A stretch of 64,000 nucleotides of DNA from Octopus sinensis (taxonomy: Eukaryota), in assembly GCF_006345805.1 (NCBI RefSeq), contig NC_042997.1, positions 13,516,001-13,580,000 on the forward strand, given 5' to 3'. Below are positions 1 through 13,094 of this stretch, piece after piece. Within the stretch, counting starts at the first letter, position 1. Every line of letters starts with the position of its first letter. The notes beneath the pieces were generated by a model, which was given only the letters and a program-made list of their open reading frames with translations, did not search any database and had not been told where the DNA came from. A program made the translations under genes and the position numbers.

Positions 1-161
1 CTCACAACCTCACGATCGTAAGCTCGACGCTCTAACCACTGAGCCGAGTATTGGGACCGATTTAATCGACTAACTACCTCCCATTGTATTGCTAGCCTTA
101 CCTCAAAATATGAAAACAACATTACAGAAATCTGAGCATATGCATGTACACACACACACAC

Positions 162-219
<58 letters not shown>

Positions 220-1323
220 CGATAATAGGCATACAAATGTATATGTACAGTTACAGAGGAGTACATATTTATAGGGGTACATATGCATAAGAGTACCTAC
301 GTAAAGAGGGTACATAGATAATTTGGCAGCTTTATAAATAACCAAAACTGCACATAACATTACGTATATATGTACTCTCGAAAGAGATACACAAATGCAA
401 AGATACAAATAAGCACGCTCGGTATCCATATTCATACATACATGCATATATATACATACATACATACACACAATACACACATATACAGATAGATAGATAG
501 ACAGATAGACAGACAGAAATATCGATGCGTATATGTGTTTATGCATGTACACACAAACATATATATGCGTGTGTGTGTGTATATATATATACATACATTC
601 AAACATACAAATATTACTATCAATGGAATCTGTTAATATTTTAATGTATTAGGAATGGTTCTTAGTTATGAATAGCGTTCATGTTTGGCATCCAATAGGG
701 GAAAAATTAGTGGCCAGACAAAGAATATGTATATCAGAGATTTGTGTATCTCCTTCGTCACTATTGAACAATACTACATACGAATGGTTGTCTGCACAGC
801 AATAATGGATTTATACCTTTACCCCTCCACAAGAGTACTAAAGATCGAAAATAACAGCAGTTTGAGAGAAGGTAAAGGACACTTAAATAGTTACCGAGAA
901 AGTCCTGATGCGTTATGTGAAACTAGAGTGGTTGAGCAAACAATTTGGAAGAAAAAATTCGTCATACAACTGAAATGGCGTGCATGTCTTCATTTATCGA
1001 GATAATAGTAATGTTCAATACGCTTATAACGTAATTCTGTGCTTCCTGAAACAGCTGTCGTGTTAAGAGAAACTATGCATCTTTTTCTTAATATTCTGTA
1101 TTTGTATACTCTATGTAAATATATTTGTTTATATATATCAATATCTATTATTTATATATATCAATATCTATTATATGGTTGTACATATGTGTTTATCTTC
1201 TGAATAAAGTTAATTATATATTTCTATTTATATATTTCTATATATCTATGTTTAAATGTATATATGTTTATTTATACCTATCAAGCCTAATTGCGTTTAT
1301 ATGCATCTATCTCTCGTTCTCTT

Positions 1324-1367
<44 letters not shown>

Positions 1368-1539
1368 TATCGATATGTCTGTCTATCTATCATTCCACAC
1401 ACACACACACACACACACGAAGAATTGATGCAAAAGCTGTGAAATCTTGCATGCCTTAATTTCAACCCTTATTATCAATAACTGCGTTTTTTTCTCCCTC
1501 CAGATAAACTGAGATACGATTGTTCAAAGGAGATTTTAA

Positions 1540-2070
1540 ATTTAACCGGTAGCACCTTCTCTTGAAAATGGACAAAATTTGGCACCGTGGTTTTATCAAG
1601 TACCTGTTGGGTTCATATCTTTGAGCAAGAGACAGAAACAATCTATGCAATGGAAACACCCCTCCTCGTATCCTCCAAAGAAGGCCAAATTTATTTCATT
1701 AGCAGGTAATGTGACGGCATCAGGTTTTGGGGATGCAAAAGGCATTGAGTTTATTGACTGCTTGAAAAAGGGCCTCACTATCAATGGAGAATACTATGCC
1801 AACTTGTTGAGGCAGTTACAAAAGTCTATCAAGACAAAACGCCCAACAACACTGATGAAAGTGCACTTGGTTGATCAGGATAATGCTCCAGAACTCCCGT
1901 GCTTCGTTTCAAAGGTTGCTGTGTGTGACTGTGGATTTGAACTGGTTGATCACTATTCCTATTCTAATTTGTCACCATTTATTCCCCAACATGAAAAAAG
2001 CACTTGGCTGAGAACCAGTATCACCGCCATAATGACGTAATATCTGCTGTAGATGTCTTTTTTGACCACA
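1540..2070 (+). mobile_element. Mariner transposase fragment (catalytic region, degraded)
   Basis: ORF 1579-2040 reads MQWKHPSSYPPKKAK...GIEFIDCLKKGLTINGEYYANLLRQLQKSIKTKRP...QDNAP...CGFELVDH(Y)SYS, matching mariner DD34D-domain motifs; no TIRs recognised. Confidence 0.85.
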
Positions 2071-3039
2071 CATTCTCCACACGATTGATTCTCATATCCA
2101 AATTTCCCTGTTCCAAAAATACGGCAAAAATGTATGTATCATGCTTTCTAATTACAGTACATTTTTTTGTAAGTTAATTTACTACAACTAGCTTTGTAAC
2201 AAATTTAATGAAATGTATATACGATATACATTTCACTAAATACTATTTACGTATTATACTAAACCTGTATATAGACGAAGAAAAAAGATTAATGTAGAAT
2301 TAATAATTTTCATTATCATATTAGTTTCAAATTTCGTTGTAGGCTGAATATTGTTCTTGTCTTCAAACCACTTGAGACCTACAAGTTTTCACTCGCTGAC
2401 AGAAATGAAGAGGCAACTTATGTGTATCTTTGTATGTCTGTGTGTCTATGCGTGCGTATTTATGTGCAGCTGTGAAGACGTTATTATGCGGAGTTATTGA
2501 AGAATAAGAAACTTATTTAATATGAGCGTATGAAATAGACCCAGGATAATGATAGTAATGTGAATAACCTTTAAGCATGCTGAATTATTGAAACTGCTTA
2601 CTTTCGAGAGTTAAGCGATAGTAATAGTTCAAGTGCAACGTCTAAAGACTAAACGCAACAATACGCTTGCCAAGTGTATTTGCATATAGACATATATAGA
2701 TTTAGACAGTGATATATAAATATACACACATATACACATGCACACACGCACACACATACATAGGCACGCGCATACACACTCACACATATATATACTAATT
2801 ATATGCATTTATATATATACGTATGTATATATCTATGTACGTATGTATATATGTATCTGCATATATACATATATATTGTATCCATGAGTACGTGTTGTGT
2901 ATTTGCGTTTATATACTTGCATACTATTCTTCTCGGAGATAATTTTCTATCTCTTTCATTTTGTAAAGGTCATTTAACGTGAATATAAATATTATTTCCT
3001 TGCAGGTGAAAAGTTGGTGGTTCTTCATACTTCTCACTA

Positions 3040-4140
3040 GTCTCTGACTGAAGTTCAAATAACAGTAATTATACGCCACCCTGTATGTACCTGTTGGTCG
3101 TACGGGTGTATATTCAAACATGACTGTTATAACCATAAAATCTCTCTACTCCGTAGTTTCATAAACGGTTTACTACAGCAAGAACACTCAGTAAATCCAT
3201 GTACATGTTGACCAAGGGTGTATACCAACACCGATTCTGTTCGGACTGTACTTCGCTGATGTGTTGTCGATGCCTTTTTAAGGTTGCTGCCTACATCAGA
3301 TACACAACAACGGGCAGGATTTTGAATTTTAGACGGTTTGCTTCTAAAGCAATGCTGCCATTATGACTAATACGGAATGACGATTGTGATCTTGTTTCTC
3401 ACTCCTACGGTGACATTCGGCACCTAAGAGATTCCTTCTCGTCAACATAGATCTAACAATCAGCATGAGAAAGACTGTCCTATTGTACCAACCTGCACCA
3501 GATTAAGTCTATTCTGGGCCAAACATTTTTGTGTGGAGAGATATTGCAGGTTGTGGAAAAATTCGTATATTTAGGTAGTAATGTGAAACTGACAAATACT
3601 CTTTATGATTAAATTTCCAGCCAAATCAAGAAAGTCAGTGATAAGTTTGGAAAATTGGATAGAGGCTTAAGGACTCTGCATGGACTTTCAATTGAGACAA
3701 AGTTGGAAGTCTACAATACTTTACTTGTGTGTTCACTTCGTTTCTATATGCACGTGAGACCTGTGTTACTCACCGAAAACATATGAAAGACCTGGACGAT
3801 TTCACTAACGCGTCTCCCTTGTATTCTGAATATCAAATGGTAAATGTTTCTAAGCATTGTTGAAGTCTTCGAATGCAGTCAATCTATCAGTGTAGAATCT
3901 CTAATACTTCAGCAGCGATGAGAGTGGTGTTGTCATGTTTTGAGAATGGAAAATGGCCGAATTCCTAAGCAATTTCTGAGATATCCTTGGGTGCACAAAA
4001 CTAAATTAATAGGTTCTGCATCAAGAATAGTAAGGTAAAAGTATGTCTTGGAAAATGATGGGAAAATTTTGGCCTAGATCATCCATCGTAGAGGAAAGCA
4101 GAGGAAAGATGGGAGGAGGGAATTCTAACAATAACTTTTC
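3040..4140 (+). mobile_element. Degraded RTE-clade LINE, reverse transcriptase and C-terminal part
   Basis: Manual translation across stops and frameshifts: LFGLYFADVL, YIRYTTTGRILNFRRF, KTVLLYQPAP, LQVVEKFVYLGS, LSIETKLEVY, ILNIKW. Confidence 0.75.
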
Positions 4141-7100
4141 AAGTATGAAGATCACAAAATAGATCTTCGTAGAGGTATATGAAAATGAATTGAGTATGTT
4201 AGCGCACAGCTACACTTAGCCTTAAAATCATCAGCGTAGCTACACACTCAGGGAATTTTTAATTAAGATTATACGATATCTCTACCTACAGAAAGTTTGC
4301 AAAAAAATGTGTGTCAGCAAGTGAACGGAAAGGTTATTTGAAGGTTCAAAACAATATTGCGACATCTAGTGCAAGATGTGCCTATCGTTGTCACATCAGT
4401 ATACGACATGTTAGTCATTGCATACAAACAAAGTCTACTGGAAGTACTCACTTCAACCTTTCTTGTTAGCACGTATCTCAGTTTGTTAAATTCCATTAAA
4501 TTGAAGTTAATTCTAAATATTTTCGTAGGAAGTAAATAAAACATAACATGAAAATACCTTGATCTTTTGGTCTTCAACAATATAAGTTCCACTTTAAATT
4601 TAACACCAAGCAACAACAATGAATATTTTATTTTATCGTTTCACACTTGCAGTTTATTATTATCATTATCGAGTAAATAGTTATCAGTGAAGTTTATTTC
4701 AAATTTAAATGTAGAATAGAAATCATTTAATATGATATAAAATGGATTCATAAAAGATAAGAAAATGAAACTATATATATCAAAAAATTCAAACAGCTAG
4801 TCATCGTATATTTCTTTATCGCAATCTAACGTTTATAGATTTTTATTGATAAGTTTTGACATAAAAGTTACATGACAGTGAGTCACAGCCGAATAGTGTG
4901 CCGCGAAAATATCTAAATATCGCAATTTTAGGTATTTTTATACGATATTTTAGATAAATGTTTCTTTTCACTAACGTTTACTGAATTAAATATTTGTATC
5001 AATTCTTATGAAATTCATTGTTCGTTTATATTACAGTGTTCGTTACTGTTATACACACACTGTTCATTTCTACATGAATGAATAACCATAATTATAATCA
5101 TATACTATCAACGCATATGACATCACGGTCCATATTTCTTTAACTCACCTCTTTGTATCGCAACATTTACAAATACTGACCGACAATATTCAACATTTCT
5201 CTATAATTACAAATGGCAGAAAACGCCGATACTCATTGATACTTCCATGATCTGGCCTCGTCTTCAAATGATTACATTTTACAAACGAAGCAACATATCC
5301 GTATGCATCATTAAAAATTGGAAATTTCTAATCCTGCCTTAGCAATTTGAATGAATTTTCCACAACTTGTACATTTGCATTTTACTTACAGACTAATACC
5401 CCTAATACGCACCTAAAATGAGTGGAAAGTTTGTGTATTTTACAGACAAACCATATCCTGTTTGATATGGTCTCATTACGCGGAAAATACACCAAGTAAT
5501 GACGCTTATGCATGACACAAATATAATTTGAAATATACAAAATTATCCAGTGTATAATTGATACATTTCATTATTTTGAAGATGATGATGATGAGGAGGA
5601 GGAGGAGGATATGGCACTTTACATAGTATATCAAATATTTTATGTATTTCAATGTTTCAAATAAGCGTATCTACCCTTCTATTGGCTGCTGGTCAGACAA
5701 GGTTGACTCCTTGGTGATATCAAATTTGAAATCAGACTAGTAGTTACAGTGGAACTGTATCAGTGACCAGGTACAAATGGTGCAACAAACAATTTGACAC
5801 ACATTGTTCCACGCTGTAGTTTGTTTTGGCTAAGATAACTTACGTGTCTAGCAAGCACATCTCGAAAATACGTTTGTAGAATTCAGGCTGTAAAGCAATA
5901 TATTACAAAGCATAGAATTCATGGAAATATTGTTTCAAATATCAAATAAAATACAGATTAGAATTTAAGAAATTTTTGAGAATTTAAAGTAAGTCAAACA
6001 TGATAGCATATAAACAGTTAACAAATATGATTGTTTCGAATATAGATATTAAAAATTGATGTTTATAGTATAATAAATGTTTTGAAATACAAAATGCTTT
6101 TATTAGATGAATAGTTGAAATAGTTTGCATCCATGTATGTTGTATACTTTTGCCAACATTATCAAATTATTATTAATGAACATATTCAAGTAACAGTGTC
6201 TACCAATTAGTATATTGAGGCTAATGTCTGGTGAAAGATAACAGGAAATTTGAATGTAGTGAATGGTAATAGATTATTGCATAACAGACAATAACACTAA
6301 TAAGTGTATCCTTGAGCACTTGTATATTATGTATCTGATAGGAAACTACTTTACTCTCCTTCCATCTCACCAGCTTATGATATACATTCATGTAATGGCA
6401 TTTCCTGAATACTAGAAAGAAAATGACGTTAACTCTAAGTGAATTTTGAATTAATTATACATAATCCTATTAAGCGACAAGCAAACTGTGTACGCGACGT
6501 ATCAGATAAAAAGTTAATATTTTAAAACAACGTTCAACCATAATCTATTTCCTTGCCGAGAAATATTTTTAAAAAATAATGCCATGCTCCACAAGAGGAA
6601 AATGCTTAAATATTTTGAAAAGTCGATTTCAGCTTCGAATATTAATAATGTAGGTTTTCCTTTTCTCTTTCTTTCATCACATTCAGTAAGTGAAGAGATA
6701 TACATTAATGCTTAAAAGCATTAGTTCGCAGCTAATCTCTGATCTATTTATCTTTCAATAACCTAGCTTGTTAGGTGACTTAGTTCAATTTGTGAACTGT
6801 TATTTGTTTTTAATTTTCTTCTGTGATAAACATTTAAACGGTTAAATTAGTTAATATATGTTTTGGACGAAGATAAAAAAATATATGATGCTAATTTTCT
6901 TATATACTTTTTGCATATTACTTTTTATGCTGTAGATAAAAATATAGGACTCAAAATTCACCACAATTTCAGTGCCCTTACATATTTTCGTAATATTCTC
7001 CCATGAAAACATAAATATTCTAAAGGACAGGGGTGACTTTATACTTGACAAAATTGCTTTGCACTCATGCGGTCTTCGATTCAATCTTATTGCTTGCCAA

Positions 7101-7299
7101 CGTTGGCAAGTATCTCGGTATCTTGTACTATAGCCTTGAGTAGACCAAAACTTTCTGAATGAATTTGTTAGGGGGAAAACTCAAAGAATCCTGTCGTATG
7201 TTTGTGTGTTATATTTCCCTCTATTACTAGTTTTAGTTCGAGAACTGCAGTCATGCTGTGGCACCGCCGTTAGCTTTGCTACGTATTCACTACTTGAGA

Positions 7300-8330
7300 C
7301 CTCTGATGTATGGCATTTGGTGCATTTTCTGCAGCGAGGTCTATGATACTAGAATGTCATAGACCAGGCGAGGTAACTGATCGCAAAATGAATCCAAGAG
7401 AAGCAGATACCAATATTTCGTTATTGATATGGCTTATCAATACCATGCACTTGGTTCGAACCAAAACTAACTGTTTTCTCATCTTTGACTTATATGCAAA
7501 TGGGGTGAAAATCATTTGATGTACCACGACGAAGCACATGCAAAAGTAAATTAAAGGCAACCCTGGTAATGTAAACATTATCGATCACACATACACAGCG
7601 CTTGTGTTTTGTTTATACGCTGAATCTGCTGCGGGATAGTGTCTGGGAGGCAGATAATATTATGAAACTCGGAAAGCAGCTCCGTCTGATCACCTCGAAT
7701 GCATTCCCAAAATGTTGCGTGACTCTGCTGCAACAATTATCGTATGAAAGGATGAGTGCGTTTCAACAGAAGATCATACGCGATATGCTAGGAGAAAGCT
7801 CCAAGATGACAACAACATAGATAATCAAAACAGTATACTGTGGATCAACTACCGAACTCACTCTCCTTCTGCAAGTTATGCGTTTAAAATCTAAGAACAG
7901 GAAATACCATTCAAATTCCTGATGCACAAAAGGGACAGAGACATAAGATAACAACGAAATGTTAACCTCCAAAGATACCACCTACATCATAAGCAGATGC
8001 ATAAAAATGCCATCACGTTATTATCTGCCGATGAGATATGATACTGTAGCCAAAACGCAGCAAAATGAGATCTGTTGATGGCAAATAGTTAAGAACTTCC
8101 AGTGTGATCTATCTCATTGTGAATCCTTAACCATAGTTACTCATAATCTGAAATTGTGTTGGTAGAATTCTTCAGTGAAAACTTCCATAAAATGCAAACA
8201 TAAAACAATGAGACACAATGATTTGGACAGAGAAGTGTAACAAAGCACAGTCTTGGAAATGAGTTGTCCAGCAGATATCAACATAAAGCGAAAGATTAGC
8301 GTAAAAAAGGAAAATACCTCTTAACTATAG
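7300..8330 (+). mobile_element. Very degraded LINE AP-endonuclease region (RTE-like)
   Basis: Remnant motifs LINTM, IIDH(T), SDH in broken frames; boundaries uncertain. Confidence 0.35.
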
Positions 8331-9045
8331 TGAAATTTACAACTGCTCTAACCGGATTACAATTTCAGATTTATACTCGTAATTATCGGGGAGTTGGGGT
8401 GTATAACAATCTACCCTGGTAATAATCTGGAGAAAATAGAGTTCTGGAAAACAGAAAGGAGAATGTTAATAAGTAGATTACAGAAATATGAGATTAGTGG
8501 TTCTGTGAAAATATGTAAAACGTTCAAAAGATTTGGCGTGATTACATATGAACATTTAGGTATGCAACTATATTTAAGAGTATACATACATAAAATAAAA
8601 CAAACAGATACCCGTGCATTAACTCCAAATATTGCACACATACACAAAAGCGTGTACAAATTCTTTGCTGAAATTCTTAAATTCTAAAGAAAGAAACTTA
8701 GACCTAGATTAGAAACTGGCTCTTTCTCTATTAGCACGAAATCTAGAAATAAAACGAAATAATAACATACATACCTGCTTCAGATATAAAATAAGTACAG
8801 CGGCGATAAAGATACAAATTCAAACAAAAATATATAAATGTGTGTGTGGGGGGTGTTTGTGGATATGTATATACTTATATATATATCATTGCTAGACACA
8901 GGCATAAAAACTGCCACGCATCATATGTATATATGTATATGATGGTGCACTTACATGTACCGTATATGTATATTCAATTCTTTTTTCTACGTTTACATTA
9001 ATGAATGAAATAGTGTAAACAGAGAAAAGCAAGAATAAATAAATA

Positions 9046-9046
9046 C

Positions 9047-9128
<82 letters not shown>

Positions 9129-9176
9129 GTAGATAGGTAGGTAGATAGGTAGATATATATATATATATATATATAT

Positions 9177-9232
<56 letters not shown>

Positions 9233-9252
9233 ATGGATAGATAGATAAATAA

Positions 9253-9332
<80 letters not shown>
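9046..9332. repeat. (GATA)n compound microsatellite with internal (TA)n
   Basis: Direct inspection. Confidence 0.97.
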
Positions 9333-10545
9333 TCAGTCAGGCAGATTTACGTACAATACGGCGACACAGCCATATATCAACTGTGATAACATTGTCATGT
9401 GTATTAACTCCAAGATAACTTCAACAGTTAGACGGGATATGAAGCTGCAAATACAACAATAGCAACGTATAATGATGTGTTGGTGTTAGAAAGAAAACAA
9501 AAACACGAGAACAGCAAGAACAAGATAGAAGCAGATGTTAGTAGCGAAAATGATATAAAAGATATCAGTGGTTGGCTGGTTGAAAGATGACAGAGAAGCA
9601 GTAAGAAGTTCTTGTGAAGTATGTATCTACCTCGGGCAACAATGCAACGAATTCTTGACATATTGCAGCCAACATATAAAGGAACATGTCCAACAGCGGT
9701 CAGCGTGGGAATATAAACAGATATAGACATACGTTGGTAAAGACACATACATATCTTATATTTTGCAACATACTCATATACTTAATACATACGTTGCTGT
9801 AGTCGCGATATTCACAGGCATTCTGCATGGCTTCGGGGCTGTTGATTTCAAGGAAACACCACCTGGCGACATACTGTTCTGTATAGAAAATTTTAACGAG
9901 CTGTTCACCATTGCCATCAATGTTGGTTCTTCATTCTCAGTGATTTTCTTTTTCTCCTTCTTTTGCTTATTTTTCTTATTTTTCCTTTTATCCGAAGATA
10001 GCACTTCTTTTAGTAATCTTCACCCTTCTCCTTCCTCTCTATCATGCCTAATGTCATTATCATTGTTTGCCGCGACATTATGATCACACTTCTTGCCAAA
10101 AACACCAGTATCGTAATGTTCTTATCTTCTTCCTACTCATATTCATTTTAAACATAATAATCATCATCATCATCAACATCATCATCATCATCATTATCCT
10201 TACCATCTGCCGTAACTTAATCATTTTCGTTTCTGTCATTATTGTAATTCGCTTCCTCGTCGTCACCATTACCACTCGATCTACAACCAGCACCACAACG
10301 GTCATTATCATCATCATCATCATCATCATCAACACCATCACCACCAGCATCACCATCGTCGCCGTCATAATTTTGTATTTCTCTTCACTGGAATATAGAA
10401 GTAAACAGTTGCAGAGATAACCTCATCCCTACCTGTTATGTACTATATATGTGAGTGTGCATAGACATAGACACGCACACGCATATATTTAGACATATGC
10501 GAGTATGTGTGTGTATGCTTATATGTATATATATATATATATATT

Positions 10546-10590
<45 letters not shown>

Positions 10591-10745
10591 ATATGCTTTT
10601 ATGTATTGATTGATTGATTGATTGATTGATTCCAGTTTCAGCTTATGAGCTGTGGCCATGCTGGGGCACCGCCATTTGGTGTTGCTACTTGGTTTCACTT
10701 CATGGAGGCTTTCTAGCAACTGCTATTTGGTGCATGAGAGAGTTC

Positions 10746-10783
<38 letters not shown>

Positions 10784-10789
10784 CTTCAC

Positions 10790-10980
10790 CTTCGGAACGC
10801 AGAGTAGATGAAACCATGGCGACTGTAGAAGGGGATTTTTCTTTGTGTTATTTGTCTTGTACTGTATTTTTTTGTTGTTTAAGAAAAATGTCCAGTTGCT
10901 TGGTTTTGTGTTTATGTTTTCGTTTCTCATCGTGTTCGACGTTTTTTTTTGGTGTCCTGTACCCAAATATGCGTGTATAT
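10790..10980 (+). repeat. Dispersed unclassified repeat; second diverged copy at ~12800-12965
   Basis: Shared GAGTAGATGAAAC...ACTG(T/A)AGAAG/AGG...T-rich...TGTCCTGTA sequence at both loci, each next to microsatellites. Confidence 0.75.
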
Positions 10981-11030
10981 ATACATGTAGAGGTAGGTAC
11001 GTACATATATGTATGTATATATGCATATGT

Positions 11031-11077
<47 letters not shown>

Positions 11078-11784
11078 CAAAATGTAAGCACCTATGAAGC
11101 GTTGGCGATTTTCCCCTTCCCTGAGCGTCTGCTAATACTTTACATGTACCACGTCCTCGCGTTGTTGTTTTATGTGTTTGTTCTTCGTTTTTTTTTTTAA
11201 GAATTTACTATATAGATATATATACATATAACTGGCAATTTACCTCGTACCTCCCTTACACCTATGAGTTTTATCCATCACGTAACTTTCAGGCAATGCG
11301 TGCAAAGAGGTTCATCGATCGTCTTGGTGCATAATTAAAAGAAACGATAAAGACCGACCTTGTGTTTGACGTTAGATGAGTTGATTTTTGTGACGTATAG
11401 TTGGTTGTTGTGGGCTTTCAATATCTGCCTTTTCATTTGAATAATTTGAAGTGTTTATGAAAGATTTCTTCGCGTTATGTCATTTTTTTTCTCGGTAAAG
11501 GAACCATTTTGCAAAATCCTTGAAAGTAAAACTAATCTATATTTTCTTTTGTAATATCTTCAGATTATTCACTGAAACCAGGATCCTTCATACTGAAGTA
11601 CACATACAGACATATGGTTTCATAAAAATCATGAAACTAGTACAAGAACACAGAAGAATATAATAATAAACGGAAACCTCTTTGAAACAAAATAATTTTT
11701 AATGCAATAAATGGACTTGTCCCAAGATACACACATGGTTAAACAATTCAGCAAGCACACATCTTCACATTGATATAAATACAA

Positions 11785-12625
11785 AGCGGCGAGCTGGCAG
11801 AAACAATAGCACGCCGGGCGAAATGCGTAGCCGTATTTTGTCTGCCATTACGTTCTGCCTTTCATCCTTTAGGGTCGATAAATTAAGTACCAGTTACGCA
11901 CTGGGGTCGATGTAATCGACTTAGTCCGTTTGTCTGTCCTTGTTTGTCCTCTCTTTCTTTAGCCCCTTGTGGGTAGTAAAGAAACAGGTATTTCATCTGC
12001 CGCTACGTTCTGAGTTCAAATTCCACCGAGGTCGACTTTGCCTTTCATCCTTTCGGGGTCGATTAAATAAGTACCAGTTACGCACTGGGGTCGATTTAAT
12101 CGACTTAATCCGTTTGTCTGTCCTTGTTTGTCCCTTCTGTGTTTAGCCCCTTGTGGGTAGTAAAGAAATAGCTGTTTCGTCTGCCGATACGTTCTGAGTT
12201 CAAATTCTGCCTCTTGGGGTCGATATATTAAGTACCAGTTACGCACTGGGGTCGATATAATCGACTTAACTCCTTTGTCTGTCCTTGTCTGTTCTTGTTT
12301 CTCCTCTTTATGTTTAGCTTCTTGTGGGCAATAAAGAAATAAGACACGTTAGCACGCCGGGCGAAATGCTTAGCAGTATTTCGTTTGTCTTTACCTTCTG
12401 AGTTCAAATTCCGCCGAGGTTGACTTTGCCTTTCATCCTTTCGGGGTCGATAATATAAGTACCAGTTACGCACGTGGGTCGATATAATCGACTTAATCCG
12501 TTTGTCTATCCTTGTTTGTCCCCTCTATGTTTAGTCCCTTGTGGGCAATAAAAAAATAAGAAACTTTAGCACACGGGGTGAAATATTTAGCGGTATTTTG
12601 TCTGTCTTTAAGTTCTGAGTTCAAA
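11785..12625 (+). mobile_element. tRNA-derived SINE family A, tandem array of ~5 internal units
   Basis: Head GCGGCGAGCTGGCAGAA, B-box-like GAGTTCAAATTCC, repeated unit TTCTGAGTTCAAATTCC...AAGTACCAGTTACGCACTGGGGTCGAT...CCCTTGTGGG..TAAAGAAA. Confidence 0.9.
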
Positions 12626-13094
12626 CAAACGGTGAGAACGAAACAGTAAAAACGAACGGAAGCCTCACCGTTTGTTTTTATTGTTTTGTTCTCACTGTCT
12701 TGTTCTTGTTAACACTTCACCCTCCGCAAAAAATTCCAAATTTTATTTAATTTGCTTTGCGGGAAGGACTTTTTCAAGGAAGCCACGCCTTGTTCTTGCC
12801 TTCGTACCGTGGAGTAGATGAAACAGGGACAACTGAAGAAAGGGAATATTCTTTATGTTGTATGTCTCGTTTCTCTGTTTGGTTTTTTCGTTGTTCGAAA
12901 AAATGTTCGTTTTTATGTTTTCGTTTGTCCTGTTCAACGTTTTTTTTAATGTCCTGTAGCCATGTGTGTGTATATATACATATATATGTAGGTATGTACA
13001 CATATATATGTATATATGCACATATTTATATATTATGTATATTATTATATGATCGAACGCCACGAATCCTTTTCCAAGTAAGTGTATATATATA

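Larger units (their letters stand above)
5149..10387 (-). pseudogene. Possible decayed multi-exon gene of unknown family (candidate exons 10387-9793, ~9705-9631, 5887-5844, 5412-5149)
   Basis: Splice-like ends (ttccag| and AAC|gtatgt; GAG|gtagat; tttacag| and AC|gtaagt; ttttag| and AG|gtgagt). An Asp-rich then Lys-rich frame and Cys-containing peptides, but several in-frame stops and frameshifts. Confidence 0.3.

Noticed and set aside
89-623. Numerous ORFs rich in YI/CV/HT dipeptides, here and throughout the window
   Set aside because: They are translations of (TA)n, (TG)n and (TATG)n microsatellites with no coding signature
12826-12862. ACAA-CTGAAGA-hairpin-TTGT half-hammerhead (similar at ~10820)
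   Set aside because: Lacks GAAA, stem III and NUH; cannot be called a ribozyme
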